DNA of 39,850 nucleotides from a virus (IMGVR_UViG_3300040960_002351:1-39850); one strand, 5' to 3'; positions 28,301 to 37,442 are shown, numbered from the stretch's first letter. Program-made: numbers and translations. Notes: generated from the sequence alone by a model not told the origin.

Positions 28301-31300
28301 TTCGCAAGTAATTAGACCATTATTTACAATTTCGCCAGTAGTTAAATCATATAGAGATAGAGAAGGTGCATTGAGATAGGATCTTCCACCAAAAGTCACA
28401 TCTGCTTCAATAACCTTATCAGCATTCTTAATTTTGACAACTCTAGGCAAGAATGCATCTGGTTTCAGCGTATTGTCAGATGGATAACCATAAACATCTG
28501 TTGGTACAGTAACCGACTCAAGGCGGTTAATGTCTTTACCATTTAATTTCAATTCAGCACTAACACCACTGTTTCCAATAGAAACTACATCGGGGAATGC
28601 CTGATATCCAAATCCGTTATTGTTAATTCTTACCTTTGCGATACCTCCAGTTGCTCCAATAGCAGTTGTTGTATAGAACAACTCATCACAATCAGCAGAA
28701 AGATACTCAGAAGTTTCTGGTTCATTAACTAAAGTAGCTTCAAATGTTGTCGATCCTACACCAGATATAGTGTAGTTTCCATTAAAGGCACTATCAACAT
28801 AAATGATCTTAGTACGATCAGCAACATCTCTATCAGCAGTAGAAATATATCCACCAACTTCTAAAGCATAGTAAAGTTCATTTCTAAGAAGTCTGTTGAA
28901 AACAATTGTTTTTGTGGGCTCATCTGGCGGATTTGTTGTTCCAATACCAACCGTGCCTACTCCAACGATTTCTAGATTATCGGTAGTTCCTGTACCAACA
29001 TATTCGTTGAAGTAATTGTTATCATAGAAAATCTTAAGTTTAGATCCACTCAGAGTAGTGTCATTAAGATTAAATACAAGATCGTTTCTTCTAGTTACTT
29101 TAATTGGGGGGTTGATTGGATTTAATGTTTGTCCATCAACACCAAAGTCATTTACACTTACAACCTCTGGAGGATCTAGAAGGAGTTGTTGTTTAGAATT
29201 TGTTAATTGGAATTGATCATTATCAACTTTTAGAACAAAGTAAGTTCTTTGCTCCAATCCATCAGGTAGTGCAGTAGAAACTCCTGCAGCACCATACATC
29301 AGAACTTTAAATCCAGTGTCAAGACCGTGATCATTAACTGTAAAAATGTTTGTTGATGTGTTAATACCAGTAGTGGGAATTCCAATAGGATTAACAATCA
29401 ATTGACCATCAAGAAGTTTAATAACAGCAGTTGTAGAGGCTCCAATTCCAGTAGCAAGACCAGGACGAACTGTGAGACTAACATTATCACCAACGGAGAG
29501 GTCATGATTTTCGTTGGCAACAACCGTCAGAACACTTCTTTCGACTCTTGCAGTTTCCTGATTGTAATTTGTAGTAAATGAGTAATTTGCTTGATTATCA
29601 CCCGTGCTTGTAAAGAACAGTTCTGGACCCTCTGGGATGGTCTTAATGCCAATGGTGTTCTTGGTCTTCCTTACGACATAATAGTTGCCTGAGAGGGCGC
29701 TAGGGGTCGTATACGGACTGATTGAATCAGTAGCGAAGATGTCAGAGTTTCCACGAGTATCAAATGTGACAAGATCGTTATTTTTCAGAGAATGATCTTC
29801 TAAGAAAATAGATCTAGAGAGAATGGATCTAGTTTTTGTAACTCCATTAAGAGATACATTCACCGATGTGGAGAATCCAACCGTGGTGCCAACACCCACC
29901 GCTTCTTTAGGATTGAAATAGTAGATATCTTGGAATCTAGATTCAAACAGAGGGATTTCAGTTAATGGAATTGTAAATTTGCTGTTGAAATAAGTTACTG
30001 CTGCTCCAGCAGATGATGTAGTAAATCCAGCGTATCTTTCAACTCTAACAATTTTTTCACTGGGGAAGATATTCAGAACTCTCATGATCTCAGTTCCAAT
30101 ACCAATAGAATCTCCAGCAGACACTACTGTGGGAACATAATCGACACGGAGATCAGTAATAATTCCAGTGTATCCAGAATCTGTAAGAGTTGTTTTGTAT
30201 AGGGGTGCGTCAATTTTATTATAACCCTCTAAACCCTTAATGAAGGTAGAGATTCCAGTGATACCTACTGTATCATTAGTTTGGAATTCATGATATGGGG
30301 TTACATTAAATACAATTCCATTTCTACCGTACTCCATTGGTACAGTATTGAAAATCGTAACATTGCTTGTTACTTTATCAACTGTTTTTCCATAAATTTT
30401 CTGAACTTCTGCAGAAAGTCCGCCACCATTAGTTGTAGTTTCGTCAAATACAATTTGATCCTTTACAGAATATCCACTCCCCGATGCTAAAACATCAATA
30501 GATGTTATAGATCCAACTCCAAGTTTGTCTGGAGTGGACACTTGATTATTTTCATTGTAAGGTTGGAAGACATAATCATATGCCTTTCCATCGCCAAACA
30601 AATTATATGGGAAAGTATTTCTGACCAGTTTGGAATTTACAAAATCAAAATTGACTTGATCATTCAGAAGTCCAACAACAGTGTTTTCTAAGAGAGCGGA
30701 ACTTCTATAAGTATTTCCAATAAAATATGGGAATTGTGGAGCGAACAGGTTATCTACAGTCGCAAAATATGCATAGACACCATCTGGGAATTCGGGTGTT
30801 TTAGTGAATCTGCCATTATGTTCATCAAGATCCCCAGATCCAGTATAGACATAATCTTTGATAAAGGATCCATATGGATATGTTGATACTGGAGGTCTAT
30901 TTGAAATATTTGTGGATACAATTTCATAACTAGACTCCATTCTCTTAACATCAGATTGGATGTTATTTGGATCTTCTAATCCAAATGGACCGTAAATTGG
31001 ATTTCCATCATATGCCCAACCAATAATAGGAGAGTGTCCAGATCCATCGTCACCGAAGAAGTTTCTGATCGAATTTCCATATCCAATATAATTTACAGCA
31101 AGTCCAGATGGGACAGGTGACAGATATGTCAACTGAGTAGGATTAAGTCCATATGCCTTGTTAAGTGCTATGGATCTAAGAGAAGTTCTAAGCTTTAGGT
31201 TATTTCCAGGGGCGCTAACTCTGACAGAAGTTGTTGCACTTTCATATCCTCCACCAGCAGAAATAATCTTTACACTCGTAACTGCTCCATTAGCAGATTC

Positions 31301-34300
31301 TGCTCTAAGAACACCTCCACCTGCTCCAACAGTCGTACTTTCTACAATGATATCTGGTGGACCACTATATCCAGATCCTCCAGCAAGAACAAAAGCAGAA
31401 ATAATTTTTCCATTATTAATAATAATTCCAATCTGGGCAAGAGACCCTTTAGGAATAGAAACGGTTGGAGGATTCTCAAAATTAATAATTTCCGATCCGT
31501 ATCCAGATCCTTTTTCGTAGATAATTGTTTCTACAACTTCACCTCTAACGATAGGTGTGGCAGTCAACTGTCTTTCTTTTTGATCTTCTGTTAAAACAGT
31601 AATTCTGCATTGAATCTCTGGGTAATAGAATCTTTGATAACCAGAACCAGAGCTATCTAAAAATTGGTGGATGCCTTTATCATAGTTTGTGGTTGTGGGT
31701 TCTACATCTCCTTTATTACCAGCCTCTGCTAATCTAAAACGATTATCATCAAGTTTAATTACTTGATACTGTTTTGCAGAACTCAGTCCAGTTATTCCAG
31801 TGGTGTCGTAAGTATAGTTGATTACTTCTCCACTAGAGAAACCATGATTTTTAAATTCAATGTAATCTCTTGAAGTGTTAACGCCAACTGTTTTAACAAT
31901 AAGATGCCTATTAGTATATCCTTCACCTGGGTCCTCGATGCTTACCCTACCAATTGCTGTCTTCTGTTCATAGGTTCTAAAAATATGAAGTCCAGTATTT
32001 GCAGCTGCGGCATCTTCGCTGATTTGAATGCTACTAATTCCAAGAATAGCATCATTCTTGGTATAATACAGAGAAATTGAATTATCGGAATTTGCATGAA
32101 CATAATAATCCTGACCACTCATCAATGTGAGTTCTTCTTTAGAAGATCCAGTGGTTGCAATTCCTAAATTAGAATTTCCATTAGCATCATAGACAATTCT
32201 TGCACCAGTCAGAAGGTTGTGATCATCATCAAAAGTAAATACATCATTTGTAGCATTAACATCTCCTCCAGATAGTGTGCTAATGCCAGAGAAAGCAATC
32301 TCTCTGTATCTTTCCTCTGTTACTGCTCTACCCCTGGCACCTGTGCCATTGCCACCCCAAATTTCGACACTGACTACACTATCAATATCAAAAGTTACTG
32401 GATCAACAACGATATTTTCAATTTTGCCAGAGACAACTGCTAAAGCACCTGCAGTATTTGCAGCACTTACATTTGAATCGTTAATTGTTATGCTGGGTGG
32501 ATAAAGTACATCATATCCAGATCCACCAGATAAAATATCAACAGATTCTATTTCACCGTAGTAAATTACATCCGAAGTTTTATAATTTAAGATCTCAACT
32601 CCATTGATGAGCATTCCTGTATTTCCATCGGATGTAACTTCCGATGTTGTCCGTTGCTCTTTGCCGCTCTTAAGATCTTGCTCAAGAATGAATCTACGAA
32701 TTGGTCTAGCGGGGAAAAGAGATCTATTTCCTTGAGAACTAAGGATGAAATCGTGAGTTCCAGTTGCTTGAGTTGGGGGAGTAAAATATACAGGAAGGTC
32801 AGCTTTAATAAATGCTCTGGATGCAAAAAGTTGAATCTGGTTGGGTGAGCTAAGAACCTTGACATAGTAGTCTTTTTGCTCAAGACCACCGATAGCGGTT
32901 GTTCCTGGTCCTGCAGCATAATATATCTGCTCTCCAGTCTTAAAGGGAACTGGATTAGTGAAGGAAATAATACTGTAAGCATTTTCTACACTAGAATAAC
33001 CCTGCCAGTTTCCTAATGCAAGAGAAGGGTTAATTAGTTTTGCACGAATCTTATCAGTTGTAATTGGGTAGCTAGGAAGAGAACTAGAAGCAACAAATCC
33101 CTCTCTCTTTCCACTTTCAGATTCATTCTCTGAAACGATGTATGTATTGTTAACATCAGTGAGGAGTTGTTCTTGACCACCGACTAAAGGAACAACAGTA
33201 GAAACTGCTTTCTTCTGCTTTCTTCTTACATCATATAAAGATAATGGATCTAATGTTGGAATCGTTCCAGACAAAGAAATAGTGCTTGTAACTACATTCA
33301 CTGCAGTTACAACTAAATTATCAGCAATCAGTTCAGTGGTTCCTCTTTTTAAAATTTGAACCCTGTCATTTTTTCTAAGACTGGACTTGTCAATTGTTCC
33401 TTCAAGAACAAAGTTAGATCCAGAGAAAGTATCAATGTAATAACGGGCAGATGTATTGTAAATCCAAGAATTGAAGAAAATTTCTTCATAACTCTTGTCA
33501 TTCTCTGGATTGTCAATATATCTACCTAAGTTCTTTACTCTAATAGAAGAGTTTGCATCTAAGTTTTGAAGAGATTGGTTGCTATTGAATTTGCTAAGCG
33601 CACCAGTTACCCTCATTACTACTTGCTTGGATGTATCTCCTTGCTCATACCCATAAACGACATTAGGAGCAGATATCTTGCTATTATCTGGGATGGTGGT
33701 AGAAACTGCAGGATTTACTCCAAAAAATTGATTAATGCTCTTTGTGGAGTAACTAAGAGTTTGATAATACGAATTTGCAGGATCTCCAATTTTAAGAGAA
33801 CCGACACTAGAGAATCCAATAGTGGAATCTACTGTAATTACAGTCGCTCCGATACCAATTTCGCCAATATTTCTTGTTCTTCCAGCAACTCTGAATGTTC
33901 CGTCAGTCAGAGATCTATCATCAAAACCAGTAAACAGAGAAATTTTGTAATAGTTATCTCTGATGTTAGTGACCTCAGAAATGGGTCCAGAAGCAGCATT
34001 ATAATTCGAATTATTGGGGTCATTGTCTTGAAACAGAGTTTCTCCAATCAAACCAGCAGGATCACCAGAAATCAGTTCTACAGAGATAGTTTTTCTGCGA
34101 ACATAATTTGCATATGATGGTTTGATCAGATATTTTTCAAGATCATTGATTTTAGGTTCAATTCCAAATAAAGCTTTGAAGAGAATCTTAAAGGAATCTT
34201 CAGTTCCTTTTGCCTCATATAAACTTCTTGCCTCTTTGATAAAATTGTTTACATTAAGATCTGGAGACAGTGTTACTCCTTCCAAACCAGGAGCATACAT

Positions 34301-34813
34301 TGTCTTCAGTTTTTTATAAAATTCCTGAAGGAAAAGAACACTCACATTGACAACAGATGCGCCAGAAGAGTGTGAAGATGCTACAGTTTGTCTCCAGGTT
34401 ACTGCATTTTCCGAGTAACCAGAAATTCCACTAAATCCTCTAATGCAACCAATAAAAGATGTGCTGGTTTTCTCAGAATATGTAATAATCTCGTTATCAA
34501 TTCTTAGAAGACCGTTTTGCTGAGGATATCCATCAGTATTGGTAACATTGATGACATCTGCAGAATCTGAAATGTCCGCAGTTAAAGAAGTAGTGCCCCT
34601 GATTACATCAGTGGTTAAATTATCTAATTTAATGTACGCATCAATATTTTCAGCAATATCAGAGGGTCCACCCTGATAATCTTGAGAAATATAGTATTGT
34701 TTTAAAAATTCTACAAACGCAGGATTCTCTGAAACTGCAAATTCAGGTACAGTTTCACTTACTACTTGGTAAGTCTTGATTCTGGGACTTAAAGGCGAAT
34801 TTGTCTCGATCAT
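22379..34813 (-). CDS. gp7: Giant baseplate wedge initiator
   Basis: 4144 aa between gp6 and gp8; PEF...ENP.FVEFLKQYY, LY..KGT..SFKILFKALFG, DNDYYQ..SYAI.S...HPAGMKNF; many H(G/N)L..GD.V and G.GY...P modules. Confidence 0.88.
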   Translation of the reverse strand: MIETNSPLSPRIKTYQVVSETVPEFAVSENPAFVEFLKQYYISQDYQGGPSDIAENIDAYIKLDNLTTDVIRGTTSLTADISDSADVINVTNTDGYPQQNGLLRIDNEIITYSEKTSTSFIGCIRGFSGISGYSENAVTWRQTVASSHSSGASVVNVSVLFLQEFYKKLKTMYAPGLEGVTLSPDLNVNNFIKEARSLYEAKGTEDSFKILFKALFGIEPKINDLEKYLIKPSYANYVRRKTISVELISGDPAGLIGETLFQDNDPNNSNYNAASGPISEVTNIRDNYYKISLFTGFDDRSLTDGTFRVAGRTRNIGEIGIGATVITVDSTIGFSSVGSLKIGDPANSYYQTLSYSTKSINQFFGVNPAVSTTIPDNSKISAPNVVYGYEQGDTSKQVVMRVTGALSKFNSNQSLQNLDANSSIRVKNLGRYIDNPENDKSYEEIFFNSWIYNTSARYYIDTFSGSNFVLEGTIDKSSLRKNDRVQILKRGTTELIADNLVVTAVNVVTSTISLSGTIPTLDPLSLYDVRRKQKKAVSTVVPLVGGQEQLLTDVNNTYIVSENESESGKREGFVASSSLPSYPITTDKIRAKLINPSLALGNWQGYSSVENAYSIISFTNPVPFKTGEQIYYAAGPGTTAIGGLEQKDYYVKVLSSPNQIQLFASRAFIKADLPVYFTPPTQATGTHDFILSSQGNRSLFPARPIRRFILEQDLKSGKEQRTTSEVTSDGNTGMLINGVEILNYKTSDVIYYGEIESVDILSGGSGYDVLYPPSITINDSNVSAANTAGALAVVSGKIENIVVDPVTFDIDSVVSVEIWGGNGTGARGRAVTEERYREIAFSGISTLSGGDVNATNDVFTFDDDHNLLTGARIVYDANGNSNLGIATTGSSKEELTLMSGQDYYVHANSDNSISLYYTKNDAILGISSIQISEDAAAANTGLHIFRTYEQKTAIGRVSIEDPGEGYTNRHLIVKTVGVNTSRDYIEFKNHGFSSGEVINYTYDTTGITGLSSAKQYQVIKLDDNRFRLAEAGNKGDVEPTTTNYDKGIHQFLDSSGSGYQRFYYPEIQCRITVLTEDQKERQLTATPIVRGEVVETIIYEKGSGYGSEIINFENPPTVSIPKGSLAQIGIIINNGKIISAFVLAGGSGYSGPPDIIVESTTVGAGGGVLRAESANGAVTSVKIISAGGGYESATTSVRVSAPGNNLKLRTSLRSIALNKAYGLNPTQLTYLSPVPSGLAVNYIGYGNSIRNFFGDDGSGHSPIIGWAYDGNPIYGPFGLEDPNNIQSDVKRMESSYEIVSTNISNRPPVSTYPYGSFIKDYVYTGSGDLDEHNGRFTKTPEFPDGVYAYFATVDNLFAPQFPYFIGNTYRSSALLENTVVGLLNDQVNFDFVNSKLVRNTFPYNLFGDGKAYDYVFQPYNENNQVSTPDKLGVGSITSIDVLASGSGYSVKDQIVFDETTTNGGGLSAEVQKIYGKTVDKVTSNVTIFNTVPMEYGRNGIVFNVTPYHEFQTNDTVGITGISTFIKGLEGYNKIDAPLYKTTLTDSGYTGIITDLRVDYVPTVVSAGDSIGIGTEIMRVLNIFPSEKIVRVERYAGFTTSSAGAAVTYFNSKFTIPLTEIPLFESRFQDIYYFNPKEAVGVGTTVGFSTSVNVSLNGVTKTRSILSRSIFLEDHSLKNNDLVTFDTRGNSDIFATDSISPYTTPSALSGNYYVVRKTKNTIGIKTIPEGPELFFTSTGDNQANYSFTTNYNQETARVERSVLTVVANENHDLSVGDNVSLTVRPGLATGIGASTTAVIKLLDGQLIVNPIGIPTTGINTSTNIFTVNDHGLDTGFKVLMYGAAGVSTALPDGLEQRTYFVLKVDNDQFQLTNSKQQLLLDPPEVVSVNDFGVDGQTLNPINPPIKVTRRNDLVFNLNDTTLSGSKLKIFYDNNYFNEYVGTGTTDNLEIVGVGTVGIGTTNPPDEPTKTIVFNRLLRNELYYALEVGGYISTADRDVADRTKIIYVDSAFNGNYTISGVGSTTFEATLVNEPETSEYLSADCDELFYTTTAIGATGGIAKVRINNNGFGYQAFPDVVSIGNSGVSAELKLNGKDINRLESVTVPTDVYGYPSDNTLKPDAFLPRVVKIKNADKVIEADVTFGGRSYLNAPSLSLYDLTTGEIVNNGLITCELSDSAVNSVEVVVQPRGLTNNNYGLAPLRNSNGISIIEAFSDVGVLTCKITTPILGYVDEPFSTGEIVYLEGIEFNNDGDGFNSGDYKFTDFEIADYNSAVNPRQVTFTYAGFTTNVGTGATVQPGFGQIVKSTDLARFTVTKKFSEFSQNETLKRNDDLQTDLIMRSINTATGEMVIEGSRPLEPDDQLVGTNSGDRAEVDVVQEFDGYFDISATIDTNLGWSDNVGLIGDNNQFLPDNDYYQNMSYAIESEKTYDDIVTYVNNIAHPAGMKNFANTQVLSVGDAGDSIRPADDAGGFVLDFISDPLRVDAVYGFDLARDVDAADNVSKFVELRSTRLSDFILNKTNRVLVHDDISPQFVSNESNDLSDDRTIAAAVAGRQFSRYLVQTTHAAENPINNQYQFNELIMVVSNQNTYLLQKSHVNNNNNAGLSTGYAEYFSFFNVNDNQTELRIKPYETFDTDYDIKCLQQGFASDVGIGSTNTGNVVNTSVNLLVGTATTATIVGFATTTFVGGIGHFLVVDKATNKIDYHELALQTDGVDTYLTELASFNTRQSLGGLSAPTFMGTFTSNIESGVVKIDYIHSNLDAVDVRCKFISFENVGLGTTSVRHFNLEFTPEGTERSARIVVGSSATTGIATVVGVSSNIDLSFKSTVHVSYGSTQTLHQIYVLSDPEKQDTYLSQAPIAAVGTTTGIGTFGAEFSAGKVNLEFYPDAGVSGMVSIFSYNEIVYKDLDPNGSLAGIGSFDYGKVFENVTQNSYLGINNRNIREFDLTYQGVPIYERDLNPQNPNQINYGTGLISFQHFFSNTEQVTYTPDSNIIGIAASALHYVTGYGSTELPSTVYIVKNNNSQFFISTSLTDARAGLAVTFQPGSGSGNKHRFTMEKRDQKTIVALSGIVQKPITYTQITYDLDAPVNGIVTSLALSGLSTVTSGDLLKLEDEYTIVKTVGFATTSTGPITGIGTWSIAEVERGAVGTAATDHAAGTTGRIHRGAFQILNSKIHFTDAPLGGDLGISDPSNLPYPRATFGGRTYLRVDYDTNELFDDFSDQFDGLENTFSLTAIGAAVTGIGTTGGNGVLFVNGIFQAPFGENNEGISNFKIIEDPVSSAASVQFTGITSVGFTDLIIDEDDINQNQLPRGGIIISVASTPGLGYAPFEGASVRLEVGTGGTITNIIGVSTAGPSVNVTEAFYDNKTGIMTVTTATPHGLLLEDQVKLVGLAFTCPGYGATYSVYDFQYDESTGIATVFTVGDHGLTAGDDVKLAYIGFSCTAPHAGVTTTIFPDGTQGYFYPVNSVGTTTSFVTNVGISTIAHTYAGGGQVQTGITTNIFPDHDDPFAVIGFISATQFKTNVGPSTFGHTYVSGGTAAQWHPLTFGSGYRTGIGTIGIAVTSSTGTGATITAVVGAGGSLVFSVVGPGTNYTADDLILPPEPNGENLNIIGLSRIGLGATTVTGVGCSISVEIAGVSTATGIGSTYYEVAKWEFSKKGYGFKRGDIFTVAGLSTDPAAGDNFKDFEIEVIDVFTDQVAAWQFGNIDYLDNIKRYQNGDQKRFILEYQRSIVSFEIDRNDADSKEIDLSAVLLIFINGVIQQPGVNYSFTGGSVLEFTTAPTPEDNVVIFFYRGTIGQDSFLFDVNEVIKVGDEVKLEKSAEVELNTVTQTVDNFAQDENRIVKRIDSAVTVETPFYQGVGISNDNYKPLTWIKQKKDILIDGSVVSKARDSIEAQISPIASVIGVVSTTDAFLFVDSVALFKDTDDSLTENFNLAFIAEVGFGTTAVSGINYEDMTGINPLVANVQGYIGVVTGISTCPGIGTDLALLIQFDVQEYVNDGNDPTGLGTNYPFRLYGTGINTAGIAITSIDTHDSDVVGTSTYYGDGIYYASAISFVTGSGSRLGIITANIASYTDTTGFVGVGSTAFPYAYFSWGRFGEVDRAANAVYANVKGLNYDPQLSQYPIVQRRGVGLRGTGGLPKRL

Positions 34814-34814
34814 C

Positions 34815-36734
34815 CTACTGTCTAATTAGCGATCCGTTGGAGTAGCTAGAAGTGACTTGATATCCAACGCCAGAAATTTGCTGACCAGAGGAAATCGTGT
34901 CTCTCACGATATTTATCTGAGAGTTTGAGAGGTCTAGACTTAAGTAAATATCCTTAAGTCCAATAATGTCATTAGATTCTGGGAATGCTTGAACCTCGAC
35001 GGTATCATTGCCCTTTACAGTAGATGTTATTTGGACTGCATTAATAATAATTTCGCCTTTTGTGTAATCTACTGTTCCCGCAGAGTTAATTACAACCTCA
35101 GAGTCCCCACCTTCTACTTTGGCAGGTTTAAAGATTGCAATATCACCAAACAGACCATCTCCTCTAGGGATATCGGTCAAATAGACAATTTCATCGCTTC
35201 CCTGAATAGTAAATCCAGAAGATTTGACTGTTCCTCCCCCACCTAAGATATGGAACTGATTTCCAAAGCACAATTCATACTGTGCTACTTGATTGATGAG
35301 ACACTTCATGTCTCTACGCATCTTAACGCGCATAATGTTCGATGTGATCGAAGGATTTGCACGATCTACGATTCTTTGTGCTTCAGAATACTTGAATCTT
35401 CCTCCAAATTTGTTCAAATTAGTAGATCCGCCATATTCTGTCAATGCTTGAATAATTTGTGCCTTTAATTCATTAGCATCGTCAAAAATGCTATTATTGT
35501 AATAGACAGAACTATCAAGTTCAACATATAGCAGCTTCAAATCTTCGATTCTTTGATTGATCCCTGCAATTGAGTAACTTTTTAGTTTGGTTAAGATATT
35601 CTGCTTGGTGAAGTCAGACAAATATGTACCATTTCTGGGTTTGATGCTCAAAACAACAGTTCCAAACTCGGGAGGATCTAATTCTTCTCCACCAACAACA
35701 GAAATTGACTCAGTGTTCGGATAAATCGACTGTACGATCGCTTCGTAATCGCGTGGTGTGACCGCTCTGTTCTGCGCTGAGTACATTCTAGGGGCAAAGT
35801 ACCTAACAGAGTCAATAGACTCAATATCAGACCCATTACGGGCGCTCTGAGAGGTCGTTACAGTCGCTAGTTGATACGGTGCAAGACTTGTTCCAGCATC
35901 GTTAACGATATTTCCTGAAAATGCGAAATTTTTGCCTTCATTTCCTTCTTTACCATCAGTTATGATGTAAGAAATGCTGATAGTATCACCAACCTCTAAT
36001 TTTGTACCAAAAAGTCCATCACCAAACAGCAATTCATAAGTTTCATTTGCTGCTTCTTGGATTAAGTAGATATTTGAGTTGCCAGTTATGTTGATAATGT
36101 TATCTACCTTCGAAAAAGCAAGTCCAGCAGATGCTCCAGACTTTCTAACAGTAACTCTAAGGGTATCAATGTCAACAAAAGAGTTTTCGATCAAAAATCT
36201 TTGATCAGTGCTACCATTTACAGTCCACTGTTTAGTTAAATATGTGCCTTGATAGACAGTTAGACCAGAAAATGTGGCAGTTCTCTTAGGATTTGCTCCA
36301 GCAACCTCTCCAGCATCAATCGGACTGCTTACGGTCACATCTTCTGGAATCGAAAACACATAAGAAGTGTTATTTACGGACCCAACAGCAACTAATCCGC
36401 TCTTGAGAGTTACTGTAGTAGAGTTTCCTTGGAATTTAAAGTCAAAATCAATGATCGCTTCCGCAGCTTTGCGCGATCTGGGTACATATCCAATATTTCT
36501 TGCTAAAGATACGACATTTTCTCTCAAAGTTGCGGAATCCAAGAAGGATTCGTTGGCAACCATGTTGCTATTGAATGCCGTAATGTAAGTATTATATGCT
36601 AAAGTGTCCAGCAAGATCGACATATTCGATCCTTCGAAGTCAAAATCAGAAAAATCTGAGTTTGCTCTTAGGTAATCTTTGATCGACTGCTTAATCTGGT
36701 CGAAATCTAGGTTTGTGTACTTGAAAGAGGGCAT
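34815..36734 (-). CDS. gp6: Baseplate wedge subunit
   Basis: LDFDQIK..IK.YLR....F.DFDFEGS....LLD.LAYNTY, ESFLDSATLRENVVSLARNIGYVPRS, FGDG..G, QNRAVT..DYE. Confidence 0.96.
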   Translation of the reverse strand: MPSFKYTNLDFDQIKQSIKDYLRANSDFSDFDFEGSNMSILLDTLAYNTYITAFNSNMVANESFLDSATLRENVVSLARNIGYVPRSRKAAEAIIDFDFKFQGNSTTVTLKSGLVAVGSVNNTSYVFSIPEDVTVSSPIDAGEVAGANPKRTATFSGLTVYQGTYLTKQWTVNGSTDQRFLIENSFVDIDTLRVTVRKSGASAGLAFSKVDNIINITGNSNIYLIQEAANETYELLFGDGLFGTKLEVGDTISISYIITDGKEGNEGKNFAFSGNIVNDAGTSLAPYQLATVTTSQSARNGSDIESIDSVRYFAPRMYSAQNRAVTPRDYEAIVQSIYPNTESISVVGGEELDPPEFGTVVLSIKPRNGTYLSDFTKQNILTKLKSYSIAGINQRIEDLKLLYVELDSSVYYNNSIFDDANELKAQIIQALTEYGGSTNLNKFGGRFKYSEAQRIVDRANPSITSNIMRVKMRRDMKCLINQVAQYELCFGNQFHILGGGGTVKSSGFTIQGSDEIVYLTDIPRGDGLFGDIAIFKPAKVEGGDSEVVINSAGTVDYTKGEIIINAVQITSTVKGNDTVEVQAFPESNDIIGLKDIYLSLDLSNSQINIVRDTISSGQQISGVGYQVTSSYSNGSLIRQ

Positions 36735-36738
36735 TTTT

Positions 36739-37137
36739 TTACCTAGTTGACTCTAAAATAAACTCAAATTCTTGACTATCAAAGCTTTCGCCAACGATAT
36801 CGTAAGAAATTCTTATTTCAAAAGAATTATCGTCTGGACTTGGGTTGACTTGAACACGAGTGTTTGCTATTCTTCCCTCAAATCCTTTCAAAACATCAAC
36901 AATTTGCTGAGAAATTACTCCTGCGGAACCATAATCTACAAAATCAAAGAGAGAACGAGTCACATCCGTCCCAACATTGGACGCAAATGGTCGTTCTCCT
37001 ACAATTGTTTGCACTAAATTCCTAACAGCACGCTTAATCGCCTTCTCATTCTTGAGAACAGGCAGATCTCCTGTAACAGGATGCGCTTTAAAGGACAAAT
37101 CAATGTCCTTAAAAGCCCGTGAGTTAGTCTCAGCCAT
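36739..37137 (-). CDS. gp25: Baseplate wedge subunit (gp25 / GPW family)
   Basis: FKDIDLSF..HPVTGD...LKNE.AIKRAVRNLV.T..GERPF; directly upstream of gp6. Confidence 0.93.
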   Translation of the reverse strand: MAETNSRAFKDIDLSFKAHPVTGDLPVLKNEKAIKRAVRNLVQTIVGERPFASNVGTDVTRSLFDFVDYGSAGVISQQIVDVLKGFEGRIANTRVQVNPSPDDNSFEIRISYDIVGESFDSQEFEFILESTR

Positions 37138-37160
37138 GAATTGGCACTATATATCGAGAT

Positions 37161-37168
37161 TATTTATA
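37161..37168 (-). promoter_or_regulatory. T4-type late promoter (TATAAATA, perfect)
   Basis: Exact consensus overlapping the upstream stop, about 24 nt before the gp25 ATG. Confidence 0.8.
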
Positions 37169-37391
37169 CCTTCTTTCCGTAGCTTGGTTCGGTTCCATAC
37201 TCCCAATCATCGTAATCCTCGTCATTACGAATCTGTTCGTGGAGTAAAGTCTGTCTTTTTAGATCATGCTTATGATCTCCGACCACTTCTCTTAAAATTC
37301 TATCCGATTTTGGGTCTGAAATGAGATATTCAGTACCAAAATCTTCCCTCATCATATCACGATTATGGTCGGGAACAGGATGATTAGACAT
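37164..37391 (-). CDS. Small acidic hypothetical protein (75 aa)
   Basis: The track starts it at TTG 37403, but GGAGGG at 37396-37401 precedes ATG 37391 (MSNHPVPDHNRD...DEDYDDWEYG), so that start is preferred. Confidence 0.75.
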   Translation of the reverse strand: MSNHPVPDHNRDMMREDFGTEYLISDPKSDRILREVVGDHKHDLKRQTLLHEQIRNDEDYDDWEYGTEPSYGKKV

Positions 37392-37401
37392 TTTGCCCTC
37401 C

Positions 37402-37442
37402 AAAAGTTCGTTTCCAGAACTTTTAAAGGGGTTGCTATCCCT
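37402..37442 (-). promoter_or_regulatory. Two-hairpin structured 5' leader (candidate cis-regulatory RNA)
   Basis: AGGG-ATAGCAAC-CCCT (37442-37427), then AAAAGTTC-TGGAAAC-GAACTTTT (37424-37402, perfect 8-bp stem), between the late box and the SD. Confidence 0.55.

Noticed and set aside
13462-34813. Inteins, introns or frameshifts explaining the giant ORFs
   Set aside because: Frames are continuous; no intein splice-junction or homing-endonuclease motifs were noticed; repeated structural modules account for the length.
37392-37403. TTG start at 37403 given by the ORF track
   Set aside because: The TTG lies at the hairpin/SD junction; ATG 37391 has the SD upstream.
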